DNA of 64,000 nucleotides from an uncultured Alphaproteobacteria bacterium (GTDB lineage Bacteria; Pseudomonadota; Alphaproteobacteria; Rhizobiales; Xanthobacteraceae), in contig CAWFEO010000003.1 of the NCBI GenBank assembly GCA_963814885.1, positions 4,973-68,972 of the forward strand, given 5' to 3'. Numbering within the stretch: the first letter of the stretch is position 1; each line of letters starts with the position of its first letter. Both the position numbers and the translations under genes were made by a program. Under the pieces are notes generated by a model that saw only the letters and a list, made by a program, of their open reading frames with translations, was not told the origin of the DNA and did no database searches. Positions 1 to 9,805 of this stretch are shown here, in pieces.

Positions 1-163
1 CGATCTCGCCGGCAACCTTGTCGGCTTCGGTCCTGTTGGAGCGCACGTTGACCACCACCGCCGCGCCCGCTTGCGCGAGCGAACGCGCGATGGCGCGCCC
101 GATATTGCGTCCGGCGCCGGTGACCACGGCAACCTTGCCGGCGAGTTCGTTGCTATCGCTCAT
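1..163 (-). CDS. Short-chain dehydrogenase/reductase, N-terminal part (runs off window edge)
   Basis: Manual translation from ATG at 163: MSDSNELAGKVAVVTGAGRNIGRAIARSLAQAGAAVVVN, with the TGxxxxIG Rossmann motif; not in the ORF track because it is truncated. Confidence 0.9.
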   Translation of the reverse strand, partial: MSDSNELAGKVAVVTGAGRNIGRAIARSLAQAGAAVVVNVRSNRTEADKVAGEI

Positions 164-171
164 GACGTGAC

Positions 172-1536
172 TTACCCCCGCAATGCCGCAAGATCGATCT
201 TGCCATCGTAAAGCTTCGCCAGCAGCTTGAGCGCGGCGCGCGCGCGCGTCTCGTCCCAGCCTCCGTGGCGCGCATTGAGCATGAATTTTTCCTCAATGTC
301 GGCGCGCGTCAGCGGCTCCTGCGCGCCGCCGCGGAAATGCGGTTGCCGTTCCTCGACCACCCTTCCGTCGTTGAGCACGGCGCGGATGTGGCCGGTAAAA
401 GCGTTCGGATAAGGATTGGCCGGATCGATCACGTAACGCACTTTCGATGCGAGCGCGAGCACGGCCGGATCGTGGACCGCCGCATCGGTGAAGGCATCGA
501 GCCCGACGCCGCCGCGCACGAAACCGCTGGCGAGGATGAAGGGGGTCGAAAACTTGGCGGCATAGCCGTTGGGCGGACGCTGCTTGGAAGCTAGCGGCTC
601 CCAAAGGCGGTGCACCGTGCCCTCCGCCACTTCGCAGACGAGTTCCTTGACGTCGGCGGGCTTGATGCCGCGCGTGGCCAGCCGCCGGGCGCAGTCGATG
701 TAAGGGTGCGCCATGGTCCCGCAAGGGTAAGGCTTGAAGGCAAGTGTCTCGATGACCCAGCGGCTGCCGAAATCGCCGATCAGCGCGTCATAGTCGCCCT
801 CGGCGGTATGGGCGAAGCCGTGAAACAAGCCATGCACGCCCTCGAACACGGTGCGCGGACCGAAAAAACCGCCGCGCGCCAGCAGCGCGGCGCGCAAGCC
901 CGACTGCGCCGCCCAGCCGGGATGCAGCCGCTTGGTCCAGGCGCCCTCGCTGAGATACTCGATGATGCCGCCCGCCATGCTGCCGGCGATGCCGAGCGCA
1001 TCGACGATCTGTTTTTCGTTGAGCCCGAGCGCGGCGCCGACGCCGGCTGCAGCGCCCATGACGCCGAAGATCGCGGTCGGATGAAAACCGGCCTTGTGCA
1101 CGGCTTTGGGCACCACCGTTGAGAGCCGGCACATCACCTCGGCGCCGACGGCGATCCCGAGAAGCGCGGCGGCGCCGTCCGGCTTATGGCGCTCGCAGAC
1201 CGCCAGCACCGCCGGCACCACCACCGCGCCGGCATGCACCGGACCGCCTTCGAAAGTGTCGTCGAAATCTTCGCCATGCGCGGCCGTGCCGTTGACGAAG
1301 GCGGCACCGGCGGCCGTCAAGGTGCGCCTGTGGCCGATCGCCGTGCAGGCACCTTCGTCGTCGAGGCCGGCCATCGCGCTTTTGGTGTAGTCCTCGTTGC
1401 GCGCGGTTACGCAGAGGCCGGCGACGTCGACCAGCAGGTCCTCGCATTTTTCGCGAACCGCCGTCGGCAATTTCGCTTCGTCGAGAGCGACGATGCGCGC
1501 GGCCAGTCGTTCGGCAAGCGAGGGGGATTGCGGCAT
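172..1536 (-). CDS. MmgE/PrpD family protein
   Basis: 454 aa; motifs NGTAAHGEDFDD, HAGAVVVPA, GFHPT, KRLHPGWAAQSG, FKPYPCG. Confidence 0.92.
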   Translation of the reverse strand: MPQSPSLAERLAARIVALDEAKLPTAVREKCEDLLVDVAGLCVTARNEDYTKSAMAGLDDEGACTAIGHRRTLTAAGAAFVNGTAAHGEDFDDTFEGGPVHAGAVVVPAVLAVCERHKPDGAAALLGIAVGAEVMCRLSTVVPKAVHKAGFHPTAIFGVMGAAAGVGAALGLNEKQIVDALGIAGSMAGGIIEYLSEGAWTKRLHPGWAAQSGLRAALLARGGFFGPRTVFEGVHGLFHGFAHTAEGDYDALIGDFGSRWVIETLAFKPYPCGTMAHPYIDCARRLATRGIKPADVKELVCEVAEGTVHRLWEPLASKQRPPNGYAAKFSTPFILASGFVRGGVGLDAFTDAAVHDPAVLALASKVRYVIDPANPYPNAFTGHIRAVLNDGRVVEERQPHFRGGAQEPLTRADIEEKFMLNARHGGWDETRARAALKLLAKLYDGKIDLAALRG

Positions 1537-1544
1537 GACCAGCG

Positions 1545-3260
1545 TCAGGCGCCGCGCCGCGTGCCGAACTTCGGCAGGCTATTGGCGATGCCCACCACGG
1601 CGAAGGTGATCAGCAGCATGGTCAGGCCGAGAACCGCGATGGCCGCGAGATCCCCACTTTCGTTGAGATCGTATATGAGCACCGACATAACCTTTGTCTT
1701 CGAGGTAAACAGCATGATCGCCGCCGACAATTCACGAATCACGCCGACAAAGATAAAGCACCAGGTGGCGATCACGCTGGTGCGCAACAGCGGCGCGGTG
1801 ATCTGCCAGAGCGCCCGCAGCCGTGACGCACCGAGTATGCGACTGGCATCCTCGAGTTCCGGGTGCACGGCGCGGAAGGCCGATTGCAATTGTTGATAGG
1901 CTGCCGGCATCGCCAATGTGACGTAGGCGATCAGCAATATCCATAACGTGCCATAGAGCACGAAGGGCGGCCGTGTGTAGCTAAAGAACAACCCCACCCC
2001 CAGCACGATGCCCGGGATGGCGATCGGCGCGGTGGCGAGGAAGGAGAGCACGCGATGCCCGGTCATCGCCTTGCGCGCGGTGATGTAGCCGATGACCACG
2101 GCGAGGATGGTGCCGCAGGTGGCGGCGAGCAGGCCGAGGACGAACGTGTTCTTGATCGCCAGCGAGGTCGCCGATAGTTCAAAAAAGACGAAATCGATGT
2201 TCTGCAGCGTGAAATTATTGACGCTGATGATGCGCGACGCAAGCTTGGAAAAGGTGGCGTTGAGCAGCGCGAAATAGGGCAGGAACACCGGGCACATCAG
2301 CACCAGCATGCTCACGCCCAGCGCCAGCCACTTGTAGCGCCCGAGCCGCACGACGCGCGGGTCGCTGTTTTTGGCGCCGACCACCGAATAGCCGCGCCGG
2401 CCGAGCACCATGTGCTCGGCCCGCAGCAGGATGACGGTCAGCACGAGCAACGGCAGCGAGGCGGCGGCGGCGAGTTCGGGCTTGGGCGGGTACTGGAACA
2501 GGCTCCAGATCTTGGTGGTCATAGTGTGAAAGCCGGCGGGCAGCGCCAGGATCGCCGGCGACCCGAACAAGGTCATCGCCTGCAAAAATGCGACCAACGC
2601 GCCCGCGAGCAACGCCGGCAGCGCCAGTGGAATGGTGATGCGACGCGCGGTGTCCCAGGTGGTACCACCGAGAATCGCCGACGCATCTTCCAGATCGCCG
2701 GGCGTGCGGTCGAGCGAGTTTGCGACCAGGACGAAGACATAAGGGAAAGTGTAGCAGCTGATAACGAAAACGAGACCGGCAAACGAATAGATGTTGAGCA
2801 AGTGCACGCTCGGCTCGGCTCCGGCCAGATCGCGAAAGAGTTGATTAAGCAACCCGCTGTTCGGCGCCGCCAGTAGCTCCCAGGCGATGGCGCCAAGAAA
2901 TGGCGGCGTCACGAAAGAGGCCGTTACCAGCAGGCGCACCGTACGGCGCAATGGCATGTCGGTGCGCGACACGAGCCAGCCCATGGGTGCGGCGACAGCA
3001 CAGCAAATGAGGGCGGAGAACGTGGCGAGCTCGAAGGTGGTGAGCAGTGGATCGAGATAGGCGGCGTCGATTACCAGCCGTTGGAAATTCGCCAGGGTGA
3101 AGGCGCCGGTCTTATCGGTGAAAGCGTACACCGCAAGCCACGACAATGGCAGCACGATCAACCCGCAAAGCAGGGCAGCGAACAGCAACAGCACCGGCGT
3201 CGACGGGTCGAGGCCGAACCGGCGCCTTTCAAGGGGAGCGGTGGTCGCGAGCGTTGTCAT
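1545..3260 (-). CDS. ABC transporter permease, two-domain Fe3+/thiamine/2-AEP (FbpB-like) type
   Basis: About 12 TM segments; two EAA-like loops (LEDASAILGG, LEDASRILGA); start placed at MTTLATT (ATG 3260), downstream of the intergenic hairpin. Confidence 0.9.
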   Translation of the reverse strand: MTTLATTAPLERRRFGLDPSTPVLLLFAALLCGLIVLPLSWLAVYAFTDKTGAFTLANFQRLVIDAAYLDPLLTTFELATFSALICCAVAAPMGWLVSRTDMPLRRTVRLLVTASFVTPPFLGAIAWELLAAPNSGLLNQLFRDLAGAEPSVHLLNIYSFAGLVFVISCYTFPYVFVLVANSLDRTPGDLEDASAILGGTTWDTARRITIPLALPALLAGALVAFLQAMTLFGSPAILALPAGFHTMTTKIWSLFQYPPKPELAAAASLPLLVLTVILLRAEHMVLGRRGYSVVGAKNSDPRVVRLGRYKWLALGVSMLVLMCPVFLPYFALLNATFSKLASRIISVNNFTLQNIDFVFFELSATSLAIKNTFVLGLLAATCGTILAVVIGYITARKAMTGHRVLSFLATAPIAIPGIVLGVGLFFSYTRPPFVLYGTLWILLIAYVTLAMPAAYQQLQSAFRAVHPELEDASRILGASRLRALWQITAPLLRTSVIATWCFIFVGVIRELSAAIMLFTSKTKVMSVLIYDLNESGDLAAIAVLGLTMLLITFAVVGIANSLPKFGTRRGA

Positions 3261-3285
3261 GGGAGCGGCGTCGCGCGGGCGCCCT

Positions 3286-3309
3286 CCCTCTCCCCGCGCG
3301 GGGAGAGGG
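3286..3309. repeat. REP-like palindrome CCCTCTCCCC-GCGC-GGGGAGAGGG
   Basis: Perfect 10-bp stem between the SBP and permease genes; resembles the CCCTCTCCC...GGGAGAGGG intergenic palindromes of Rhizobiales. Confidence 0.75.
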
Positions 3310-3325
3310 AAAGCGACCGCGCAGG

Positions 3326-4393
3326 TCAAACGTGGAACAGCTTGACGTAGTGCGCCTTGATCTCCTCGGCGTGTTTGAGGACGCCGGCGGCATCGTCTTT
3401 CATCAGCTTGATTTTGCTGAGCGGCACGCGGCCGGGCTTATCCTTGACATGCGGATGCGCGGAGCGCAGACCGCCGAGGTTGACGTTGAGCTGCTGGCAC
3501 TCCGGCGTGAAGCAGTAGCTCTGGAACAGTCGCGCGGCGTTCGGGTTGGGCGCGGCCTTGAAGATTCCGTTCGGTCCGACGATGAGTGGCGTGCCTTCGG
3601 TGGCATAGACCGGCTCGACCGGCTTGCCCGATTCCTTCTCGCGGAAGATCAGGTACTCGACGCCGTCGGCCTGCACCGCGCGCTCGCCAAGCGCTAGCTT
3701 CTTCGGTGGAACGGAGGCGGACTGCACCTGCAGGACGTTCTGCTTGGCGAGCTTCTCGAAATAACCCCAGCCGAGATCGCGCGACATCTGGAATGTTGCG
3801 GTCATGATGGTGCCGCTGTAGCCCGGATGCGCCTTGACGATCTTGCCTTTCCATTTCGGATCGAGCAGCTCGGCAAAGCTCTTCGGCGCCTCGTCCTTCT
3901 TAACCAGTTTGGTGTTGTAGGCGATGACGCAAAGGAAGATGCGGAAACTGGCGAACATGCCGTCCGGGTCTTTGTGATCGGCAGGATAGAACTTGGCCAC
4001 GTCTTCCGGCACATAGGGCGCCAGCCAGCCCTTGTTCTTCCAGAGCACCAGATGCGAGGCATCCGACGAATTCGCCAGATCGACCGCGTGGATGTTGCTG
4101 GAATATTCCTGCGTGATCCGTTGCAGCAGCCGCTCGGCGCCGGTGCGTTCGACTTGAACCGGCACACCAGGATACTTTTTCTCAAAATTCTTTGCGATCT
4201 GCTCGGCCACCTTAAGATCGATCGAGGTGTACCAGACCACCTTGCCTTCCTTCTTGGCCGCCGCGATTAGCTGCGGCGTAATCGCACTCGGCGGCGGCGC
4301 GGCCGAAACCACGCGGGTGGAGAAAGCGGTGCCAGCCGCGAGCGCACTCGACCCGATCAGTATGCCTCGGCGCGTAAACCTTGAGCCACTCAT
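3326..4393 (-). CDS. ABC substrate-binding protein, Fe3+/polyamine (SBP_bac_6-like) family, Tat-exported
   Basis: Twin-arginine FTRRGILIG; AAKKEGKVVWYTS, IAYNTKLV, APNPNAARLF motifs. Confidence 0.9.
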   Translation of the reverse strand: MSGSRFTRRGILIGSSALAAGTAFSTRVVSAAPPPSAITPQLIAAAKKEGKVVWYTSIDLKVAEQIAKNFEKKYPGVPVQVERTGAERLLQRITQEYSSNIHAVDLANSSDASHLVLWKNKGWLAPYVPEDVAKFYPADHKDPDGMFASFRIFLCVIAYNTKLVKKDEAPKSFAELLDPKWKGKIVKAHPGYSGTIMTATFQMSRDLGWGYFEKLAKQNVLQVQSASVPPKKLALGERAVQADGVEYLIFREKESGKPVEPVYATEGTPLIVGPNGIFKAAPNPNAARLFQSYCFTPECQQLNVNLGGLRSAHPHVKDKPGRVPLSKIKLMKDDAAGVLKHAEEIKAHYVKLFHV

Positions 4394-4452
4394 CGACGTA
4401 CCCTCCTTGATGATTTGATCTAGTTTTTCTTATTCAACGAAATTTTGAAGCC

Positions 4453-5514
4453 TCATCCGGCCAGCGCCCGGCATCGTTCCGGCGGCAGGTGCAGGAAGAC
4501 TGCGCTGCCTTGCGCGATGTTCTCGCCGGCGCCGGTAACGACCCGAAGTTGCGTGCCGTCCTTGGCTTCAACCATATAGTCACGGCGGTCGCCGAGAAAG
4601 ACCTGTCTCGTTACCGTAGCCGGGACGACGTTTTCGGTCTGTTGCAGGCGGTCGGAGGAGATCGCGATATCGTGCGGCCGGATCGAGACCGCGGCCTCCG
4701 CGCCGGCCTTGACGCTGGCGCCGACGCAGCGCAGCACGACGCCGGCCAAGGCGATATGGGTCTCGTCCTGCCCCCTGCCCTTGATGACGTTGCTCGAGCC
4801 GATGAAGCGCGCGACCCATTCCGAGCGCGGGCGATCGTAAATATCCTCCGGCGATCCGGCCTGCTCGATCTTGCCGGCATTCATCACCGCGATCAGATCG
4901 GCGGTGGTCATCGCTTCGGCCTGATCATGGGTCACGTAAACGGTCGTGTAGCGATACGCGTCGTGCAAGCGCCGCACTTCGAAGCGCATTTCCTCGCGCA
5001 GGTTGGCGTCGAGATTGGAGAGCGGTTCATCGAGCAGTAGCGTCTCGGGCTCTACGATCAACGCGCGCGCGAGCGCGACGCGCTGCTGCTGACCGCCGGA
5101 TAATTCGCCCGGATAGCGGTCGGCCAACGGCGCCAGCCGCGTGGTTGCCAGAATAGCGTCGAGTTTTTGGCGAATAATGTTGCGGTCGAGCTTGCGCAGT
5201 TTGAGGCCATAAATGATGTTCTCCGCAACCGTCATGTGCGGCCACAGCGCATAGCTCTGGAAGATCATCGACATGTTGCGGCGCTCGGGCGGTACGCTGC
5301 CGGCGCTCGACGAAAGCAACTTGTCGCCGACGCGGACTTCACCACCGCTTGGCTCGACGAACCCGGCGATCAACCGTAGAGTCGTGGTCTTGCCACAGCC
5401 AGAGGGGCCAAGCAGGCAGACAAGCTGCCCGTGCTCAACGGTGAGCGAGACGTCGTCGACCACCGCGGTGTCGCCGTAGCGCTTGGTCAAACCCCGCAAC
5501 TCCACCGACGCCAC
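4453..5514 (-). CDS. ABC transporter ATP-binding protein (PotA/FbpC-like, TOBE C-terminus)
   Basis: Walker A GPSGCGKTT, signature LSGGQQQR, LLLDEPLSNLD; GTG start. Confidence 0.95.
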   Translation of the reverse strand: MASVELRGLTKRYGDTAVVDDVSLTVEHGQLVCLLGPSGCGKTTTLRLIAGFVEPSGGEVRVGDKLLSSSAGSVPPERRNMSMIFQSYALWPHMTVAENIIYGLKLRKLDRNIIRQKLDAILATTRLAPLADRYPGELSGGQQQRVALARALIVEPETLLLDEPLSNLDANLREEMRFEVRRLHDAYRYTTVYVTHDQAEAMTTADLIAVMNAGKIEQAGSPEDIYDRPRSEWVARFIGSSNVIKGRGQDETHIALAGVVLRCVGASVKAGAEAAVSIRPHDIAISSDRLQQTENVVPATVTRQVFLGDRRDYMVEAKDGTQLRVVTGAGENIAQGSAVFLHLPPERCRALAG

Positions 5515-5617
5515 GTACTTCCCTCCCCCTTAAATCGCGGGCCGACGACGGGCCCTTCTTTATTATCAACACCGGAGATGCCGCTTCCTGCGGCTTAGGC
5601 CCCGGCATTGCTTCTTG

Positions 5618-6418
5618 TTAGCTGCCCGTGAAGGCCGGCTTGCGCTTCTCCATGAAGGCTTTGCGGCCCTCGATATAGTCGCTGCTGGCGAAGCATTCCG
5701 CCACCAGATCGGCGCACTTTTTCATGTCGCGCTTGGATTCGTCCTTCACCACCTGGCCGACGATGTATTTGACCGCGTTCACCGTGAGCGGCGCGTTGCC
5801 GCTGATGGTGTCAGCATAATCCTTGACGTATTTCTCAAGCTCGTCACCCGGCAGCACGCGGTTGACGAGACCCATCTGCAGCGCCTCGGCGGCGGTGAAT
5901 TGGCGGGCGGTGAAGAAGATTTCCTTGGCGAACGACGGTCCGACCACGTCCACCAGCTTCTTGATGCCGGTGAAACCGTAGCCGAGGCCAAGCTTGGCGG
6001 CCGGCACGCCGAATTTCGAATTATCCGAACAAATGCGCAGGTCGCAGCACAGCGCCAGCCCGACGCCGCCGCCGATGCAGTAGCCGCGGATCATGGCGAT
6101 GGTCGGCTTGGGAAACTCGTAGACCGCGGTATTGGCCTTGTCGACCATGGCATTGTAGAGCTCGATGGCGGTCTTGCTGGAGCGCTCGCTCTCGAACTTG
6201 GAGATGTCGGCGCCCGAAACGAAGGCTTTGCCGCCGGCGCCGGTCAGCACCACCACGCGCACCTCCTTGTCGGCGGCGAAGTCGGCGAGGATGGCGGTGG
6301 CGGCCTCCCACATTTCCAGCGACACGGCGTTGTGGCGCTCGGGATTGTTGAAGGTCAGGATGCCGACGCCACCCTCCTTGCGCGACAGCATTTTGTCGGT
6401 CTTGGTCGCTACATTCAT
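5618..6418 (-). CDS. Enoyl-CoA hydratase/isomerase family protein
   Basis: AFVSGADI oxyanion motif, GYCIGGG, CDLRI, EALQMGLVN. Confidence 0.93.
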   Translation of the reverse strand: MNVATKTDKMLSRKEGGVGILTFNNPERHNAVSLEMWEAATAILADFAADKEVRVVVLTGAGGKAFVSGADISKFESERSSKTAIELYNAMVDKANTAVYEFPKPTIAMIRGYCIGGGVGLALCCDLRICSDNSKFGVPAAKLGLGYGFTGIKKLVDVVGPSFAKEIFFTARQFTAAEALQMGLVNRVLPGDELEKYVKDYADTISGNAPLTVNAVKYIVGQVVKDESKRDMKKCADLVAECFASSDYIEGRKAFMEKRKPAFTGS

Positions 6419-6484
6419 CGCACAGTTCCTTCTCTAACCGTCCAAGCCGCCTGAAGTGCGCGCCTTAATGAGCGCGTGATGGCG

Positions 6485-7678
6485 TCACACCGCCTTGGCG
6501 CGATGCAGATCCTCGATCTCGTCGGCGGCGAAGCCGAATTCCTTCAGCACCTCGTCGGTATGCTGGCCCTGTTCCGGCGGCGTGGCGACGATCTTGCTCG
6601 GCGTGCGCGATAGCGCGACGCCCTGGCCGACGAAGGTCTGATCGCTGCCGTCCGGCCGTTTGGCGCTCTGGGCGATCCCCAAGTGCTTGACCTGCGGATC
6701 GTCGAACATCTGGTCGATGGAATAGATCGGGCCGCAGGGCACGCCGGCCTTGCTGAAAATGTCGATCCACTCCGCGCTCGGCTTTTTCGCCGTGCGCTTC
6801 TCGATCTCGGCATTGAGCGCATCGCGGTTCTTGGAGCGCAGATCGCTGGTCTTAAACTCGGGATGATCGATCAAACCGGGCGCCTCGATCGCCTTGCACA
6901 AGCGCTCCCATATGACCTGGCCGGTGGAGGCAATGTTGATGTGGCCGTCTAAAGTCTTGAACACGCCGGTCGGAATGCTGGTCGGATGGTTGTTGCCGGC
7001 CTGTTTGGCGACCTGCTGCATTTGCAGCCAGCGCGCGGCCTGGAAGTCGAGCATGAAGATCTGCGCTTGCAGCAGCGAGGTGGAAACCCACTGTCCTTCG
7101 CCGGAAGTCTCGCGTTCGAGCAGCGCCACCATGACACCGAGCGCGCAGAGCAGGCCGGCAGACAGATCTGCGATCGGGATGCCGACGCGCATCGGACCCT
7201 GGCCCGGCTGACCGGTGATCGACATCAACCCGCCCATGCCTTGCGCGATCTGGTCGAAGCCCGGCCGGTCGCGATAGGGCCCGTCCTGACCGAAGCCGGA
7301 AATGCTGGCGAGCACGATACGCTTGTTGATCTTCTTGAGCTGCTCGTAGTCGATGCCGAGCCGCGCTTTGACGTCGGGGCGGAAATTCTCCACCACCACG
7401 TCGGCCTTCTCGACCATGCGCTTGAAGGCGGCGAGCCCTTGCGGCGACTTCAGGTCGAGGGTGATGCCGCGCTTGTTGCGGTGCAGGTTCTGGAAGTCGG
7501 CATTGGCGCGTGGGCCGCCAGGCGCCTCGCCTTTGTCCAGGTGCGGCGGCGTCTCGATTTTGATGACGTTGGCACCCCAATCGGCGAGCTGGCGCACGCA
7601 AGTCGGGCCTGAGCGCACGCGTGTCAGGTCGAGGACGGTGAAACGGGAAAGAGCCTGGGATGCCCGGTGAAACGGCAT
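6485..7678 (-). CDS. Family III (CaiB/BaiF) CoA-transferase
   Basis: VLDLTRVRSGP, HRNKRGITLDLK, ENFRP, PGFDQIAQGMGG (catalytic Asp), GIPIADL. Confidence 0.95.
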   Translation of the reverse strand: MPFHRASQALSRFTVLDLTRVRSGPTCVRQLADWGANVIKIETPPHLDKGEAPGGPRANADFQNLHRNKRGITLDLKSPQGLAAFKRMVEKADVVVENFRPDVKARLGIDYEQLKKINKRIVLASISGFGQDGPYRDRPGFDQIAQGMGGLMSITGQPGQGPMRVGIPIADLSAGLLCALGVMVALLERETSGEGQWVSTSLLQAQIFMLDFQAARWLQMQQVAKQAGNNHPTSIPTGVFKTLDGHINIASTGQVIWERLCKAIEAPGLIDHPEFKTSDLRSKNRDALNAEIEKRTAKKPSAEWIDIFSKAGVPCGPIYSIDQMFDDPQVKHLGIAQSAKRPDGSDQTFVGQGVALSRTPSKIVATPPEQGQHTDEVLKEFGFAADEIEDLHRAKAV

Positions 7679-8050
7679 TTCGACGCTCCGAACAGCTTAA
7701 AACGGCCTGGAATTGAACTTTCGGGCCCGACCATCCCCGATCTTCCGCGGCTTGTCCATCGGCCCGCCGGGGTGCAGCCCATGCACTTTATTCATCTTTT
7801 CGCGCTAAAGCCGCGTCCGGTGCCTTGAAAAGACCATCACGGCCTGTCATATGCACCGCAACGGATGAAGGACCCGATCTCGGGTTTGCGGGCTGCGTGC
7901 ACGAAAACTCTTAAAACGATTTTCGCCCCGCCTCTTCCGTTTCTCCAACCTAACCGACAACCCTGGCCACGCGGGATGTCTTTGAGAGACCCGCGATTCC
8001 GCCGCCCGCATGAGCGAGCCGGCCGATTTGCCATATCAGAAAGAGACTCT

Positions 8051-9439
8051 TTGACTTCATTTAACGATTTCGGCCTCGCAGAGCCGATCCTTCGCGCGCT
8101 GCGCGAGGAGAAATACGAAACCCCTACTCCGATCCAGGCCCAGACCGTCCCACTCGCAAGCCAAGGCCGCGACGTCATCGGTATCGCGCAAACCGGAACC
8201 GGCAAGACCGCCGCCTTCGCGCTGCCGATCCTCAATCACCTCTTCAACAAGCGGCAACGGCCCGAGCGCAAATCGGCGCGCGTGCTGGTGCTGTCGCCGA
8301 CGCGCGAATTGTCCGGCCAGATCGCCGACAGCTTCCGCGCCTATGGCCGCCACATTCGCCCGCTCGCCATTGAATTGGCGATCGGCGGCGTGCCGATCAA
8401 CCGGCAAATCCGCGGCGTCGCGCGCGGGTTGGAGGTCCTGGTGGCCACGCCGGGGCGCCTGCTCGATCTCGTGCAGCAACGCGCGCTACGCCTCGACCAG
8501 GTCGAAGTGCTGGTGCTCGACGAAGCCGATCGCATGCTCGACATGGGTTTCATCCATGACATCAAGCGCATCGTCGCCATGCTGCCGAAAGAGCGGCAGA
8601 CGCTGTTCTTCTCGGCCACTATGCCGCAGGAAATCACCCGGCTCGCCGACCAGATGCTGCGCAACCCGGCGCGGGTCGCGGTGACGCCGCAGGCCACCAC
8701 GGTCGAGCGCATTACTCAGCGCGTCATCCACACCGAAAAGGCGTCGAAACAGGGTCTGCTGGCCGAGCTGCTCAAAAGCGAGCCGGTCGAGCGCGTGCTG
8801 GTGTTTACGCGTACCAAACACGGCGCCGACAAGGTGGTGCGGTCCTTGCAAAAGGCAGGCTTTGCCGCCGAGGCGATCCACGGCAACAAGTCGCAGAGCC
8901 AGCGCGAGCGCGTGCTCTCCGCCTTCCGTGACGGCAAGCTGCGCACATTGATCGCCACCGACATTGCCGCCCGCGGCATCGACGTGGACGGCGTCAGCCA
9001 TGTGTTCAACTACGATCTGCCGAACATCCCCGAATCCTACGTCCACCGCATCGGCCGCACCGCGCGCGCCGGTGCCGACGGCGTGGCGATCTCGTTCTGC
9101 GACCACGAGGAGCGCGCATTCTTGCGCGACATCGAACGGCTGATCCGCATGTCGATCCCGTCAACCGACCGCCGCACCGGCGGGCGGCCGAACCCGCAGC
9201 CGGCGCAGCATGCGGCCAGCCGCAAGAACGGCCGGCCGCATCACCATGGCAACGGGCAAAAGCGCGGACCTAACGGCGGCAAGGGCCAGCATGGCCGGCC
9301 GAGCCGCAATGGCCATCAGAACAGCCGCCCACAGGCCCCCCGGCATGACGCCACCCAAGGGGAGCCAAACGCCATCGGAAATGTTACATTTATGCAGCGC
9401 CCGCACGGCCCGCGCCGCAACGCGGACAGCCGCGCGTAG
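8051..9439 (+). CDS. rhlE: DEAD-box RNA helicase (RhlE-like)
   Basis: Q-motif [36 protein letters not shown]; basic/Gly-rich tail; likely TTG start at 8051 (LTSFNDFGL). Confidence 0.9.
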   Translation: MTSFNDFGLAEPILRALREEKYETPTPIQAQTVPLASQGRDVIGIAQTGTGKTAAFALPILNHLFNKRQRPERKSARVLVLSPTRELSGQIADSFRAYGRHIRPLAIELAIGGVPINRQIRGVARGLEVLVATPGRLLDLVQQRALRLDQVEVLVLDEADRMLDMGFIHDIKRIVAMLPKERQTLFFSATMPQEITRLADQMLRNPARVAVTPQATTVERITQRVIHTEKASKQGLLAELLKSEPVERVLVFTRTKHGADKVVRSLQKAGFAAEAIHGNKSQSQRERVLSAFRDGKLRTLIATDIAARGIDVDGVSHVFNYDLPNIPESYVHRIGRTARAGADGVAISFCDHEERAFLRDIERLIRMSIPSTDRRTGGRPNPQPAQHAASRKNGRPHHHGNGQKRGPNGGKGQHGRPSRNGHQNSRPQAPRHDATQGEPNAIGNVTFMQRPHGPRRNADSRA

Positions 9440-9463
9440 ACGGACTTCATTGGAGACCACTGG

Positions 9464-9736
9464 ATGGCGAAGGAAGAACTGCTGGAATTCGACGGGACAG
9501 TCACCGAGGTTCTGCCGGACGGCAATTTCCGGGTGATGCTCGACAACGAGCACGAGGTGCTGGCCTATACGGCCGGCAAGATGCGCAAATTCCGCATCCG
9601 CACCGGCGTCGGCGACCGCGTGATCGTGGAAATGTCGCCCTATGACCTCAAGCGCGGGCGCATCAGCTTCCGCCACAAGGGCGACGCCCCGCCCCCGTCG
9701 CCGCAGCAGCGCCGGCCGAACTTCCGCCGCCGTTAA
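9464..9736 (+). CDS. infA: Translation initiation factor IF-1 (C-terminally extended paralogue)
   Basis: [18 protein letters not shown]...AYTAGKMRK...[21 protein letters not shown], plus a Pro/Arg-rich 18-aa tail. Confidence 0.95.
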   Translation: MAKEELLEFDGTVTEVLPDGNFRVMLDNEHEVLAYTAGKMRKFRIRTGVGDRVIVEMSPYDLKRGRISFRHKGDAPPPSPQQRRPNFRRR

Positions 9737-9743
9737 CGGCACG

Positions 9744-9771
9744 CCGGCAGGCGGCTTGCCCCGCCTGCCGG
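9744..9771. terminator. GC-rich hairpin between convergent infA and FUSC genes
   Basis: CCGGCAGGCGG-cttgcc-CCGCCTGCCGG, 11-bp perfect stem; no clear U-tract. Confidence 0.6.
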
Positions 9772-9805
9772 AGCCAATGCGGACCGGCCCACACGCAAAG
9801 CGGCC

